This document shows positions 20,074 to 30,041 of a stretch of 64,000 nucleotides of DNA, piece by piece. The position numbers were made by a program, and so were the translations under genes. The notes under the pieces were generated by a model. The model ran no database searches and was not told the origin of the DNA. It saw only the letters and a program-made list of their open reading frames with translations. The DNA is taken from NCBI RefSeq assembly GCF_000092825.1, contig NC_014168.1:485946-549945 (forward strand), in the 5' to 3' direction. How positions within the stretch are numbered: the first letter of the stretch is position 1; each line of letters begins with the position of its first letter. Origin of the DNA: Segniliparus rotundus DSM 44985. GTDB taxonomy: Bacteria; Actinomycetota; Actinomycetes; Mycobacteriales; Mycobacteriaceae.

Positions 20074-21150
20074 GTGTTACATAATAAATCGCGCATCAAG
20101 CAATGGAGCTGGAAGGACCGCGCCGACATGACCAACCTTGCCGCGAGCATCGGAACCAAAGCGTTTTGCCGTTCTGTGGAAGACAGGGTCAGGCAGCAGG
20201 TGGACTCCCTGCCTCCTGCAATTCGGGGTCCTGCTTGCCACCACTTCGGCATACGCGAGGCGGGGGGAAAGAGCCCCGGTATGGGCAAGATCGCGCGGTC
20301 AAGGCTGTGCGCCGAGCTGGCCAGTATGGTCGACGGCCCCCATGTGACGATCCCAAGGGAGCGGGCGATCACCGCCGCCACGGCAATTGAGATGATCCAT
20401 AACTTCGGCCTGATCCATGACGACATCATGGATCAGGACGAGGAGCGCCGGGGCCGCAAAGCCGTGTGGGTGGCGTACGGAACGGGCATGGCCATTCTGC
20501 TCGGCGACATTTTGCTGGCCACCGCCGTGAAAATAGCGGCCAGTGTCGGAAACACGAGAATCGCCGATATCTTCAACCAAGCTATCGGCAAGCTCATCGA
20601 GGGGCAGCTGCTCGACATGGGCTCGAATATCGGGACCACGTTGGAAGAGCTCTGGGGCATCGCTGAGAAGAAGACCGCGTCCCTGTTCGAGTTGGCGGCA
20701 ATGTCGATCGCCGAGTTGGCCTGCGTGACGCAGAGGCAGGGCGAAGCGATGGAAAGTTTTTCTCGGCACTACGGCGTGGCGTTCCAGTACATGAACGACG
20801 CCGCCAGTTTCTTCGCGGGAAACAGCCACGACCCTCGGGCGCTCTCGGACATCAAGAACCGCAGGGCCACCCTCCCGGCTGTTCTGTTGGTCCAGAATGC
20901 ATTGCCAGGCTCGGATGCGCTGATCGCGCACTTCAGCGATGACCAGCCGCTCACCGGGGGAGCGGCGTATGAAATTATGCGCGCATTGAGAAGCGACGCT
21001 GTGCGGGATATGGCGCGCCAGGCTGTATTGCAAGAGTTGGAAATGGCGCAAAACGCTTTGAGCGCGGAATTCGAACCATGCTCGGTGCTCGCTCTTGCGT
21101 CAGAAATGTTGGACTCGAAAATCCTCGGCGGATTGATGTCTCCATGCTGA
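20074..21150 (+). CDS. Polyprenyl synthetase (trans-isoprenyl diphosphate synthase) fold protein with a non-canonical second Asp-rich motif.
   Basis: The first motif (FARM) is LIHDDIMDQDEERRGRKA. GQLLDM is present. At the second-motif (SARM) position it reads GVAFQYMNDAASFF, i.e. NDxxS instead of DDxxD. RRATLP stands at the KATLP position. The start may be the downstream ATG at 20128 (MTNLAAS), because the first 18 codons are AT-rich. Confidence 0.7.
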   Translation: MLHNKSRIKQWSWKDRADMTNLAASIGTKAFCRSVEDRVRQQVDSLPPAIRGPACHHFGIREAGGKSPGMGKIARSRLCAELASMVDGPHVTIPRERAITAATAIEMIHNFGLIHDDIMDQDEERRGRKAVWVAYGTGMAILLGDILLATAVKIAASVGNTRIADIFNQAIGKLIEGQLLDMGSNIGTTLEELWGIAEKKTASLFELAAMSIAELACVTQRQGEAMESFSRHYGVAFQYMNDAASFFAGNSHDPRALSDIKNRRATLPAVLLVQNALPGSDALIAHFSDDQPLTGGAAYEIMRALRSDAVRDMARQAVLQELEMAQNALSAEFEPCSVLALASEMLDSKILGGLMSPC

Positions 21151-22028
21151 AAGAACGTGTCCGTCGTGAAATTTCGATAACCCTGCGGCTCAATATCAAC
21201 AACATCTGGGTGGCGATGTTCCCCGCAGTGGTGTTCGCGGCGGCGGGATGGGTCTCGAATGGCAGCTCCAGCGCGACAGAGGCCCTCAAATTTCTCGCAG
21301 CGCTGGTCTGGTCTTATTTTTTCAGCTATGTCTTCGATGCGGCGAACCAAGCTGTCGGGTGCGAGGAGGACGTCCTCAACAAGCCGCACCGGCCGATTCC
21401 GCACGGCCTCGTCGACTCGCGGGGCCTCTGGGCCCGTTATCGGTGGGCTTCGGCTCTTTTTGTCGCTGTTTCGCTGGTCGGCAATGCCACCACTCTGGCA
21501 GCGTCTTTGGGGTGGGTGCTTGTCACGTTGTTCGCGCACACCCAGCTCAAGCCTCGCCACTACTACCTGTGGAAACCTGTGACCACATGGCTCGGCGTGG
21601 TGGCCCAACTCGCTGGCGGCTGGTCTTTCATGGACGATTTGGCGAGCGAAAGCATCATGTGGATCGTTGTGGTCGCAACTATGTTCATCGTGGCTCAGCC
21701 TATAGAAGACGTGCGTGACATCGCAGGCGACACTCGCATGGGCAAGGTTTCGTTGGCGTACTTGTTCGGAGCGAAGAAAGTATGCGTGGCTTTCTGCCTG
21801 ATCATTGCGGCATGGCCGTTTTTGGCGTACGCGCTGTTCCTGCACTCCTCGACTCTGTCGCCTTGGGAATGGGGGGCTTTGCTTTTGCTCGGCGCGCTGT
21901 GCGGCATTGCTTTTCACCACGCCTACCAGTGGAATTCACTCCACCATCAAAGGCGTGCCTACATTGTGTACTGTTTCGCCTATATCGCGCTGACGTTGGT
22001 CCCTTTGAGCTGTCTTGTGTCTCGATGA
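21144..22028 (+). CDS. UbiA-superfamily membrane prenyltransferase or cyclase.
   Basis: Its ATG overlaps the upstream stop (ATGCTGA). 8-9 TM segments. The first motif region reads NQAVGCEEDVLNKPHRPIPHG (RPIPxG is conserved but the Asp pattern is degenerate). The second motif, EDVRDIAGD (DxxDxxxD), is intact. Confidence 0.7.
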   Translation: MLKERVRREISITLRLNINNIWVAMFPAVVFAAAGWVSNGSSSATEALKFLAALVWSYFFSYVFDAANQAVGCEEDVLNKPHRPIPHGLVDSRGLWARYRWASALFVAVSLVGNATTLAASLGWVLVTLFAHTQLKPRHYYLWKPVTTWLGVVAQLAGGWSFMDDLASESIMWIVVVATMFIVAQPIEDVRDIAGDTRMGKVSLAYLFGAKKVCVAFCLIIAAWPFLAYALFLHSSTLSPWEWGALLLLGALCGIAFHHAYQWNSLHHQRRAYIVYCFAYIALTLVPLSCLVSR

Positions 22029-22046
22029 CGCGGCAATATTTCGAGT

Positions 22047-22616
22047 ATGGAATCGGCCTTCACCAAGGAGGAATCGCGGTGGCTCATGGAGTTCGCTAGA
22101 GGGAATGTCGGCACTGTCGACCTGGTGGACGCGCAAGGCCGCTCAACAGGTGTGAGACCCGTGGCCGACGCGCACCGGGCGCCAGGCGTTCTGCACCGCG
22201 CCTTCAGCGTGCTGTTGCTCCGGGACGGCAACGAAATGCTTTTGCAGAGGCGTTCGGTCGCAAAAGAGCGGTGGCCTGGTTTTTGGTCGAATAGCTGTTG
22301 CGGGCATCCGCGTTCTGCAGACACCCTCGTCGACGACGCGAAGCGTCGTGTTTTCGAAGAGCTCGGCATTCGTGTGGACGCGCTCGAGCATGCCGGATCT
22401 TTCGTGTACCGAGCAACGCTGCGCGAGTGGACGGAACACGAGTACGACCATGTGCTGATCGGCAACATGGCCGGGGAGGACTCGCTCTTGCGGCCGGATC
22501 CGAAGGAAATCGGCGAGTTGCTGTGGCTTCCCGTGCAAGATTCCCTGGAGGCCCTGCGCCAGGTCACCCCCTGGCTCCCCCTGGTCCTGGAACAAGTCCG
22601 GGCTCGTCTTGCCTGA
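22047..22616 (+). CDS. idi: Isopentenyl-diphosphate delta-isomerase, type 1 (Nudix).
   Basis: WSNSCCGHP active-site motif. Alignable along its whole length to E. coli Idi. The start is 22047 or an internal ATG at 22086. Confidence 0.85.
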   Translation: MESAFTKEESRWLMEFARGNVGTVDLVDAQGRSTGVRPVADAHRAPGVLHRAFSVLLLRDGNEMLLQRRSVAKERWPGFWSNSCCGHPRSADTLVDDAKRRVFEELGIRVDALEHAGSFVYRATLREWTEHEYDHVLIGNMAGEDSLLRPDPKEIGELLWLPVQDSLEALRQVTPWLPLVLEQVRARLA

Positions 22617-22698
22617 GCCGCCGCGCCGTGCGTGATCTTGGCCGGGGAAACCGCGCCCCCGTTGCGCGGTCGTCATGAAAAGGGCTTAAGCTGGGCGC

Positions 22699-24039
22699 AT
22701 GAACCGCCAAGAGGAGTTCGTGCTCCGCGCGCTCGAAGAACGGGACATCCGCTTCGTCCGCCTCTGGTTCACCGACGTGCTGGGTTACCTCAAGTCGGTG
22801 GCCATCGCCCCAGCGGAGTTGGAAGGAGCCTTCGCCGAGGGCATCGGCTTCGACGGTTCCTCCATCGAGGGCTTCTCCCGCGTGTACGAGGCGGACATGG
22901 TCGCCAAACCGGACCCGTCGACGTTCCAGGTCCTCCCGTGGACCACGAGCAGCGGCAAGCACCACTCCGCGCGGATGTTCTGCGACATCGCGATGCCGGA
23001 CGGCTCGTCCTCCTGGGCCGACTCCCGATATGTGCTGCGCCGCCAGCTCAATCGCGCCTTGGAACTCGGTTTCTCTTGTTACGTCCACCCGGAGATCGAG
23101 TTCTTCCTGCTCAAGGACTCGCCGTCGAAGCTCGCCCCGCCGGTGCCCGCCGACGACGGCGGGTACTTCGACCAGGCCGTGCACGATTCGGCCCCGGACT
23201 TCCGCCGCCATGTCGTCCACGCGCTGGAGTTCATGGGCATCTCGGTCGAGTTCAGCCACCACGAGAACGCGCCCGGCCAGCAAGAGATCGACTTGCGCTA
23301 CGCCGACGCCCTGTCCATGGCGGACAATGTCATGACGTTGCGCTACCTGGTCAAAGAGGTGGCGATCCAGGAGGGCGTGCGCGCCACGTTCATGCCCAAA
23401 CCGTTCACCCAGCACGCCGGTTCCGCCATGCACACGCACATGAGCCTCTTCGAGGGCGAGGCGAACGCCTTCCACAGCCCGGACGACCCGCTGCAGCTGT
23501 CGCCGATCGGCAAATCGTTCATCGCGGGCATCCTGGAGCACGCGAACGAGATCAGCGCCGTCACAAACCAATGGGTGAACTCGTACAAGCGACTCGTCCA
23601 AGGCGGCGAGGCCCCCACGGCGGCCTGCTGGGGCGCGTCAAACCGCTCCGCCCTCGTGCGGGTGCCGATGTACACGCCGAACAAAGCCTCCTCGCGCCGC
23701 ATCGAAGTGCGCAGCCCGGACTCCTCCTGCAACCCGTACTTGACGTTCGCGGTCCTGCTCGCCGCAGGTTTGCGCGGTGTGGAGAAAGGCTACGACCTGC
23801 CTGCCCAGGCCGAAGACGACGTGTGGTCCTTGTCCTCGGCGGAGCGCAAAGCGATGGGGTACCGCCCGTTGCCGGAAAGCCTGTCCGAGGCCCTCACCGC
23901 GATGGAAGGCTCCGAGCTGGTCGCGCAAGCCCTCGGCGAGCACGTCTTCGACTACTTCCTGCGCAACAAACGCCACGAATGGTCCGAGTACAGCCGTCAA
24001 GTGACTCCCTTCGAGCTGCACAATTACCTCGCTCTGTGA
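22699..24039 (+). CDS. glnA: Glutamine synthetase, type I (GlnA2-like).
   Basis: 446 aa with GS beta-grasp and catalytic domains. It is positionally equivalent to Mtb glnA2 relative to the panB/TAP-like block. Confidence 0.9.
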   Translation: MNRQEEFVLRALEERDIRFVRLWFTDVLGYLKSVAIAPAELEGAFAEGIGFDGSSIEGFSRVYEADMVAKPDPSTFQVLPWTTSSGKHHSARMFCDIAMPDGSSSWADSRYVLRRQLNRALELGFSCYVHPEIEFFLLKDSPSKLAPPVPADDGGYFDQAVHDSAPDFRRHVVHALEFMGISVEFSHHENAPGQQEIDLRYADALSMADNVMTLRYLVKEVAIQEGVRATFMPKPFTQHAGSAMHTHMSLFEGEANAFHSPDDPLQLSPIGKSFIAGILEHANEISAVTNQWVNSYKRLVQGGEAPTAACWGASNRSALVRVPMYTPNKASSRRIEVRSPDSSCNPYLTFAVLLAAGLRGVEKGYDLPAQAEDDVWSLSSAERKAMGYRPLPESLSEALTAMEGSELVAQALGEHVFDYFLRNKRHEWSEYSRQVTPFELHNYLAL

Positions 24040-24084
24040 GCCCTGGCGGGCGATCTCCCGCATTGCTCCTCGGCTCGGCGCGGG

Positions 24085-25095
24085 CTACAACAGGCCGAGC
24101 GCCCGGACCGCGTCCCGTTCGGACACCAGCTCCGCGACGGAGGCGTCGATCCTTGCCCGCGAGAACTCGCCCACGTGCAGGCCTTCCACGATGAGCCATT
24201 CCCCGTTGACGGAGCGCGCGGGGAAGGAGCTGACCAAACCTTCCGGCACGCCGTAGACCCCAGGCGAGGGGAGCGCGACCGAGGTCCAGTCCCCGCCCCA
24301 TTCGCGTCCGAGCGCCCAGTCGCGAATATGGTCGATGGCCGCCGTGGCCGCCGAACCAGCCGAGGAGACGCCGCGCGCCTCGATAATCGCCGCGCCGCGC
24401 TGGGCGACGGTCGGAATGAACTCGTCGGCGAGCCAGGATCGGTCTTCGGCGAGCTGCGCGCCGCTCAGCTGCCCGGCCCGCGCGTGGAAAACGTCGGGAT
24501 ACTGCGTGCTCGAATGGTTGCCCCAAATGCTCACGCGAGAGACTTCGCCCACGCGCACACCGGCCTTCACGGCCAATTGGGCGAGAGCGCGGTTATGGTC
24601 GAGCCTGGTGAGCGCGGTGAAGCGTTCCGGCGGAATGTCCGGTGCGTGGCTGAGCGCGATCAACGCGTTCGTGTTGGCGGGGTTGCCCACGACGATCACC
24701 CGGATGTCGTCCGCTGCCCCTTCGTTCAACGCCCTGCCTTGCGGCCCGAAGATCCCGCCGTTCGCCCGCAGCAGGTCCGACCGCTCCATGCCGCGCGCCC
24801 TCGGTTTCGCCCCGACGAGCAGCGCGACATTGGCCCCGGCGAACGCCGCTGCCGGATCGTCGTGCACCTCGACCGAGTCCAACAGCCCGAACGCGCAGTC
24901 CATCAGCTCCATGGCCACACCCTCTGCCGCGCGAGCCGCCGCAGGCGTCTCCAGCAGCCGCAGGACGATCCTCCGGCCCGGGCCGAGCATCGCGCCGGAG
25001 GCGATCTGAAACACCGCCGAGTAGCCGATGTTCCCCGCAGCGCCGGTGACCGCGACGACGACGGGCTGGTCTTTTCCCGGAAGATCGTGCGGCAT
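24085..25095 (-). CDS. mdh: Malate dehydrogenase (NAD-dependent, cytosolic type).
   Basis: [12 protein letters not shown]ossmann motif. LDH/MDH family 2. Start taken at the second ATG (MPHDLPGK). Confidence 0.85.
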   Translation of the reverse strand: MPHDLPGKDQPVVVAVTGAAGNIGYSAVFQIASGAMLGPGRRIVLRLLETPAAARAAEGVAMELMDCAFGLLDSVEVHDDPAAAFAGANVALLVGAKPRARGMERSDLLRANGGIFGPQGRALNEGAADDIRVIVVGNPANTNALIALSHAPDIPPERFTALTRLDHNRALAQLAVKAGVRVGEVSRVSIWGNHSSTQYPDVFHARAGQLSGAQLAEDRSWLADEFIPTVAQRGAAIIEARGVSSAGSAATAAIDHIRDWALGREWGGDWTSVALPSPGVYGVPEGLVSSFPARSVNGEWLIVEGLHVGEFSRARIDASVAELVSERDAVRALGLL

Positions 25096-25138
25096 GGCAC
25101 TGACGCTACTGCGCGGCATGCTCACGCGCGCGGCCGGG

Positions 25139-26197
25139 TCAGCAGCGTTCGTATTGGCGGCGCAGTTCGGCCTCCAACGCCGAGGGCCTGTGGTTCGGCG
25201 AAGGCTGGCTGCAACCGCCGAGGATCAGCTCAACGGACTCCGTGTACGAGAAGATGTTGACGCGCACCGGGGAGCCGAGACCGGGCAACAGCGGGACGAC
25301 CGCCCGCGTGATGCCTTCGACCCGCTCATTCGTGTTCGGCTTGGCCCAGAGGTCGATCTTCACGTTCGTGAGCGCCCCGGAGGCCTGCGCCCCCGCAGGG
25401 TCGGTGACCGCGTCGCCGTCGTCGTCCGGCCCGAGCCGCTCGAGGATCTGCTGCCACAGCTCGCGGCGCTCGCGGTCGGGGAATTGGCCGTGGATTCGGT
25501 AGACGCGGAACTCTCTGCGGGCCGCTCCGGGCGGGACGCTGGATTTCCATGTCGCGTCGCGCAGTTCGGGATGTGCGTCGATGAGCTCGGCGATCGCCTC
25601 GTCGTCGACGGATGACGAAATCGAGACGACGATGCTGCGCCGACTGTTCGTCCCGGGCAAAGCCTCTTGGTGCACAGTGGCCCCGACGGTGGCGGGCGAC
25701 TGCGCCGTTTGGAGCCACAGGGCCAAACTGGAGGCGACTTCCGCGCTGGACGGGTTTGGGTTGCTCGCAGCGTTTTCGGGGGCGGAACGGAAGTGGTACT
25801 GGAAGCTCGCGTGCGAATCGGAGGTTTTTGTGGCGCGGCTGCTGTTCGCCGGGTAGGCGACGTTGAGGATGACGTCGAACCCGCCGAAGTCCCCGGCGCG
25901 CATACGGTCGACGAATGTGCTGCCAACCGCCGCGGCCTGCGTCTGCGAGGCCGTTTCCGCGAGTGTCACATCCAGCCGGAAAGAAGCGCCGCTGCGATAG
26001 GCGACGTCGGCGGCCGCCACGCCGGGCAAGGCCCGAACGGCGTTGCCGATGGCACGGGCCTCGGCGCTGCGGTCTGCGGAACATCCGCCCGCCCCGGCGG
26101 TCAGGACGACTGCGCAGAGCATCATCGCCGCAACACGAAAGGGCCGCCGTCGTGCGGCGTCGTTCGCGCTCGGGCGGATGCGTCTCATGTCCCTCAT
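25139..26197 (-). CDS. Secreted lipoprotein of unknown function.
   Basis: Internal start MRDMRRIRP... with lipobox LTAGAGGC. I regard the N-terminal 228 aa of the 580-aa ORF (Glu/Arg-rich, overlapping the divergent doxX promoter region) as spurious. Confidence 0.5.
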   Translation of the reverse strand: MRDMRRIRPSANDAARRRPFRVAAMMLCAVVLTAGAGGCSADRSAEARAIGNAVRALPGVAAADVAYRSGASFRLDVTLAETASQTQAAAVGSTFVDRMRAGDFGGFDVILNVAYPANSSRATKTSDSHASFQYHFRSAPENAASNPNPSSAEVASSLALWLQTAQSPATVGATVHQEALPGTNSRRSIVVSISSSVDDEAIAELIDAHPELRDATWKSSVPPGAARREFRVYRIHGQFPDRERRELWQQILERLGPDDDGDAVTDPAGAQASGALTNVKIDLWAKPNTNERVEGITRAVVPLLPGLGSPVRVNIFSYTESVELILGGCSQPSPNHRPSALEAELRRQYERC

Positions 26198-26407
26198 CCT
26201 AGAGTGGCGCCAGCTGCTCTCCTGCCGTGTGTGCCAAAGAGCAAAACCGGGCGTGCGCCGCGAGCCGGAAATTTTTCGGGCCAGGCCAAGCGGCTTCGCC
26301 GCGCGAGCATGCCGACTGCCTGTTCTGTTCGGCCGCGCGCCTTTGACAGGCGGCTGGCGTTGGGCGAGAATGAGGCGGACGCGGGGCGCGATCCGAAAGG
26401 AACAGCT

Positions 26408-26908
26408 ATGCCAGTCTGGGTCCGAGATTTCGCTTTGCTCGTGCTCCGCCTCGGCTGTGCGTTCTGCCTGATCCCGCACGGGTGGAACAAAGTCACGAAC
26501 TGGGGCTTCTCCGGAACTGCGGCGGGTTTCGCCCAGATGGGCGTCCCGTATCCCGAGTTGAGCGCCGCTGTGGCGATAGCGGCCGAGCTCGTGGGCGCGG
26601 TTTTGCTCGCCCTGGGCCTGCTCACCCCGCTCGCGAGCTCGGCGGTGATCGTCGCCATGCTCGGCGGACTGCTCACCGCGCCGAACCATGTTTTCACCGG
26701 CGGCGGCATGACAGGCGGGCTCCTTCCCTGGCACACTGCGGGCAAGGCGCTCGACCGAGGGGTTGGTTTTCTCGACGAGAAATGGCTGGGCGTCTCGGCG
26801 TTCCAATTCTGCCTGCTCGGCCTCGCCGTGCTCATCACCGGTCCGGGCGGGATCAGCCTGGACTGGGTGCTTTTCAAGCATTCTCGCTGGCTCGCGCCTC
26901 GGTCATGA
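26408..26908 (+). CDS. DoxX-family membrane protein.
   Basis: An ATG with a GAAAGGA ribosome-binding site 6 nt upstream. 166 aa. DoxX-like four-TM helices. Confidence 0.7.
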   Translation: MPVWVRDFALLVLRLGCAFCLIPHGWNKVTNWGFSGTAAGFAQMGVPYPELSAAVAIAAELVGAVLLALGLLTPLASSAVIVAMLGGLLTAPNHVFTGGGMTGGLLPWHTAGKALDRGVGFLDEKWLGVSAFQFCLLGLAVLITGPGGISLDWVLFKHSRWLAPRS

Positions 26909-27023
26909 CAGCTTCGGCGCGGCTGCGTCTCGCGCGCCATGAACCTCCGAAAAAGATAGAATAGGCTATCCTTCTTTTCTGCTGCGCGCTCAGGCCGTCC
27001 CGGGCGCGGGGACTCGTGAAGGA

Positions 27024-28244
27024 GTGAGCGTGCAACGTCTGCGGGCAGCGGTGATCGGCGGTGGGATCGGCGGTCTCGCCGCGGCGATCGCACTGCGGGA
27101 GAACGGTCTTTCTGCCGTGGTGTTCGAGAAAGCCCAGGAGCTTCGCGAGATCGGGGCCGGAGTTGTGGTCAGGGCCAATGGCATGCGCGCTTTGGCGAGC
27201 ATCGGCGCCCGGTCGGCAGTGGGCGAGGTCGCGCTGCCGGTGCGGTGCCGTCCGCCGCAGATGTGGCACGGCGACTCGTTGTCGCCCGACGCGGACCCGC
27301 ACGGCAACGGCACTTTGGAAAGCCCTGTCGTGTACCCTGCGCACCGGGGCGAGCTGCAGCGGGTCCTCAAGGAGCAGCTGCCTTCCGAAGCGGTGCGCCT
27401 CGGCCATACCCTTGAGCGCGTCGCAGAGGACGAGGACGGCGTGGAGGTCTTCTTCGCGAACGGCGAGCACGAGCGGTTCGACCTGGTGATCGGGGCGGAC
27501 GGCATCCATTCGGTCGTGCAAGGCTGCATAGGCGAGCCGGTGCTCCCCGAGGGGCAAGGCATCATGGCCTACCGGGGGCTGGTTCCCGCCGAGCGCCTCG
27601 TGGGGAAGGCCGAAACCGCCCGGCTGTGCCAATGGCTCGGCCAAGACCGCTACTTCATCACCTATCCTGTCTGCCGGGGGAGGCTGCTCAACGTGGTGGC
27701 TTCTGTCCCGAACACCCTGCCAGAAGGCTCCTGGTCCGCTCCGGGCGATATCGCAGACTTCGCCCGCGAATACGAGGACTGGCACCCGGAGGTGCGTCGT
27801 GTCATCGACGCGATGGACCACACATTCCGATGGGGCATTTATGACCGGCCCCCGCTGAGCCGATGGACGAGCGGCCGAGTCGCCTTGATCGGCGACGCCG
27901 CGCACGCGATGCTCCCGTACCTCGGCCAAGGCGTGAACACCGCCATGGAGGACGCGGTCACGCTCGGTGTTTTGCTCGCCGGCGCCGACACCGGCGAACT
28001 CGCAGGCCGTCTGCGCATGTACGAGGATGTGAGCCGGGACCGCATCCATCGGATTCAGCAGAGCTCGCGAAGGATGGGGCGGATCTACCGCGACGCCCGG
28101 CTCGGGGCCGACGACCGCAGGGAGCGGATGGCCGCCGAGTTGCAAGGCGGCAGTTGGCTCGCGGGCCACGACGCGGAGCGCACGGCCAGGTCGGCGCTGG
28201 CCCAACTCGTGCGAGCGGGCCGGAGTCTGGAAAACAGTCGGTGA
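27024..28244 (+). CDS. FAD-dependent aromatic-ring monooxygenase (salicylate / 3-hydroxybenzoate hydroxylase-like).
   Basis: VIGGGIGGLAAA dinucleotide fold, DG motif, and GDAAHAMLPYLGQGVNTAMEDA. Confidence 0.8.
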   Translation: MSVQRLRAAVIGGGIGGLAAAIALRENGLSAVVFEKAQELREIGAGVVVRANGMRALASIGARSAVGEVALPVRCRPPQMWHGDSLSPDADPHGNGTLESPVVYPAHRGELQRVLKEQLPSEAVRLGHTLERVAEDEDGVEVFFANGEHERFDLVIGADGIHSVVQGCIGEPVLPEGQGIMAYRGLVPAERLVGKAETARLCQWLGQDRYFITYPVCRGRLLNVVASVPNTLPEGSWSAPGDIADFAREYEDWHPEVRRVIDAMDHTFRWGIYDRPPLSRWTSGRVALIGDAAHAMLPYLGQGVNTAMEDAVTLGVLLAGADTGELAGRLRMYEDVSRDRIHRIQQSSRRMGRIYRDARLGADDRRERMAAELQGGSWLAGHDAERTARSALAQLVRAGRSLENSR

Positions 28245-28380
28245 GCCGTGCGCGCCCCAGGCCGCAGGGGCGTCGAAAGGAGGGCGGGAAACCCCGCCCC
28301 TATGATTCGGGGAGGGGTTTCCGCTTGTGCCCGAGGGCTTTGGCCAACGAAGGAGCACTGCGGTTCGGACTCAGAAATTT

Positions 28381-28468
28381 TGGCGGTGGCGGAGGGATTT
28401 GAACCCTCGGACGCTTTCACGTCACACGCTTTCGAGGCGTGCTCCTTAGGCCGCTCGGACACGCCACC
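28381..28468 (-). tRNA. tRNA-Ser (anticodon CGA).
   Basis: 88-nt minus-strand sequence GGTGGCGTGTCCGAGCGG...CTCGAAA...GGGTTCAAATCCCTCCGCCACCGCCA, with a long variable arm and an encoded CCA end. Confidence 0.85.
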
Positions 28469-28779
28469 AAGCGGTGGACTCTACACGAGCGGGTGGGGGA
28501 GCACAAACCGCATTCGCCGGGGATCGGGCAGGCGGGCATGCTGCCCCGGACAGTCGGCGCGGGGTGTTCTTGTGCCATGAGAAATCGCCACATGCGTGGT
28601 TGGCGGCATGTCCGGACAGACAAGGCCCGGTGGGAAAGAAATGACCGCAAAGCCGTACCGGTGCGCTGTCGTGGCTATGGCTCGCGCGACACGGCGCCAG
28701 CCCTTCTCGTCGAGCGCAGGCAGGAGGTCTTCCTCGACTGGCAAGCGCGCAACGTCGCGTTCCGCAGTTCGAGCTCTTC

Positions 28780-28824
28780 CGGGGCGTGGGCCTTGGCGAA
28801 CAGATCGCCAAGGCCCACGCCCCG
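28780..28824. repeat. Perfect 20-bp-stem palindrome (hairpin) downstream of tadA.
   Basis: cggggcgtgggccttggcga-acaga-tcgccaaggcccacgccccg. The two arms are exact reverse complements. There is no U-tract on either strand. Confidence 0.8.
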
Positions 28825-28859
28825 CTTCTCGGGGGATGCCCTGCGCCGCTTTGGCGTTT

Positions 28860-29528
<669 letters not shown>

Positions 29529-29531
29529 TGT

Positions 29532-30041
29532 TCACCCGCGTGGGCGCTGGTCGGCCTTTTCGAGCTCTTCTTCAAAGCCGAGCTGGCGGGCGAGCGCCGC
29601 GAGTTGTTCGTCCGCGTACAGCTCGTCGGACTCGGAGACAATGAGGCCGAGCACGGACTCTGGCAGGCCCAAGTCTTCGAGAATGCCGAAATCCCCTTCC
29701 GCCCAAGGCTCTTCGTCGTCGTCGAGCTCGTCTGGGTCCGGGATTTCCACATGCAGCTCGTCAAGGACGTCGGCGGCGAGGTCGTAGTCGAGCGCCGCGG
29801 TCGCGTCGGACAGAAGCAGCCGCGAGCTTCCCGGTCCTGGACGGACGATCACGAAGAACTCGTCGTCCACGTTGATCAGTCCGAACACCGCGCTGGTGCT
29901 GCGCAGCTCGCGGAGTTCTCGTTCGGCCTGCTCAAGGCTCGTGAGCACCTTGGGGGACAGGCCCAACACGCGCCAGCGCCCCTCTTCGCGCACGACCGCG
30001 ACCGCGAGTCCGACGGGCCCCTTGGCATGTTGCGACGACAT
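29532..30041 (-). CDS. tRNA adenosine deaminase-associated protein (Rv3753c-like).
   Basis: 169-aa acidic protein immediately upstream of tadA, the conserved actinobacterial arrangement. Confidence 0.55.
   Translation of the reverse strand: MSSQHAKGPVGLAVAVVREEGRWRVLGLSPKVLTSLEQAERELRELRSTSAVFGLINVDDEFFVIVRPGPGSSRLLLSDATAALDYDLAADVLDELHVEIPDPDELDDDEEPWAEGDFGILEDLGLPESVLGLIVSESDELYADEQLAALARQLGFEEELEKADQRPRG

Noticed and set aside
25139..26881. 580-aa ORF taken at face value.
   Set aside because: Only the C-terminal 352 aa, from an internal ATG with a lipobox, look real. The N-terminal 228 aa are Glu/Arg-rich and overlap the divergent doxX promoter region.
26874..28358. 494-aa minus-strand ORF.
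   Set aside because: It is antisense to the clearly genuine FAD-dependent monooxygenase, and there are no recognisable motifs.
28244..28470. tRNA-Ser as an attachment site for an integrated island.
   Set aside because: No integrase, direct repeat of the tRNA 3' end or phage/ICE genes are present on either side. The flanking genes are ordinary chromosomal genes.
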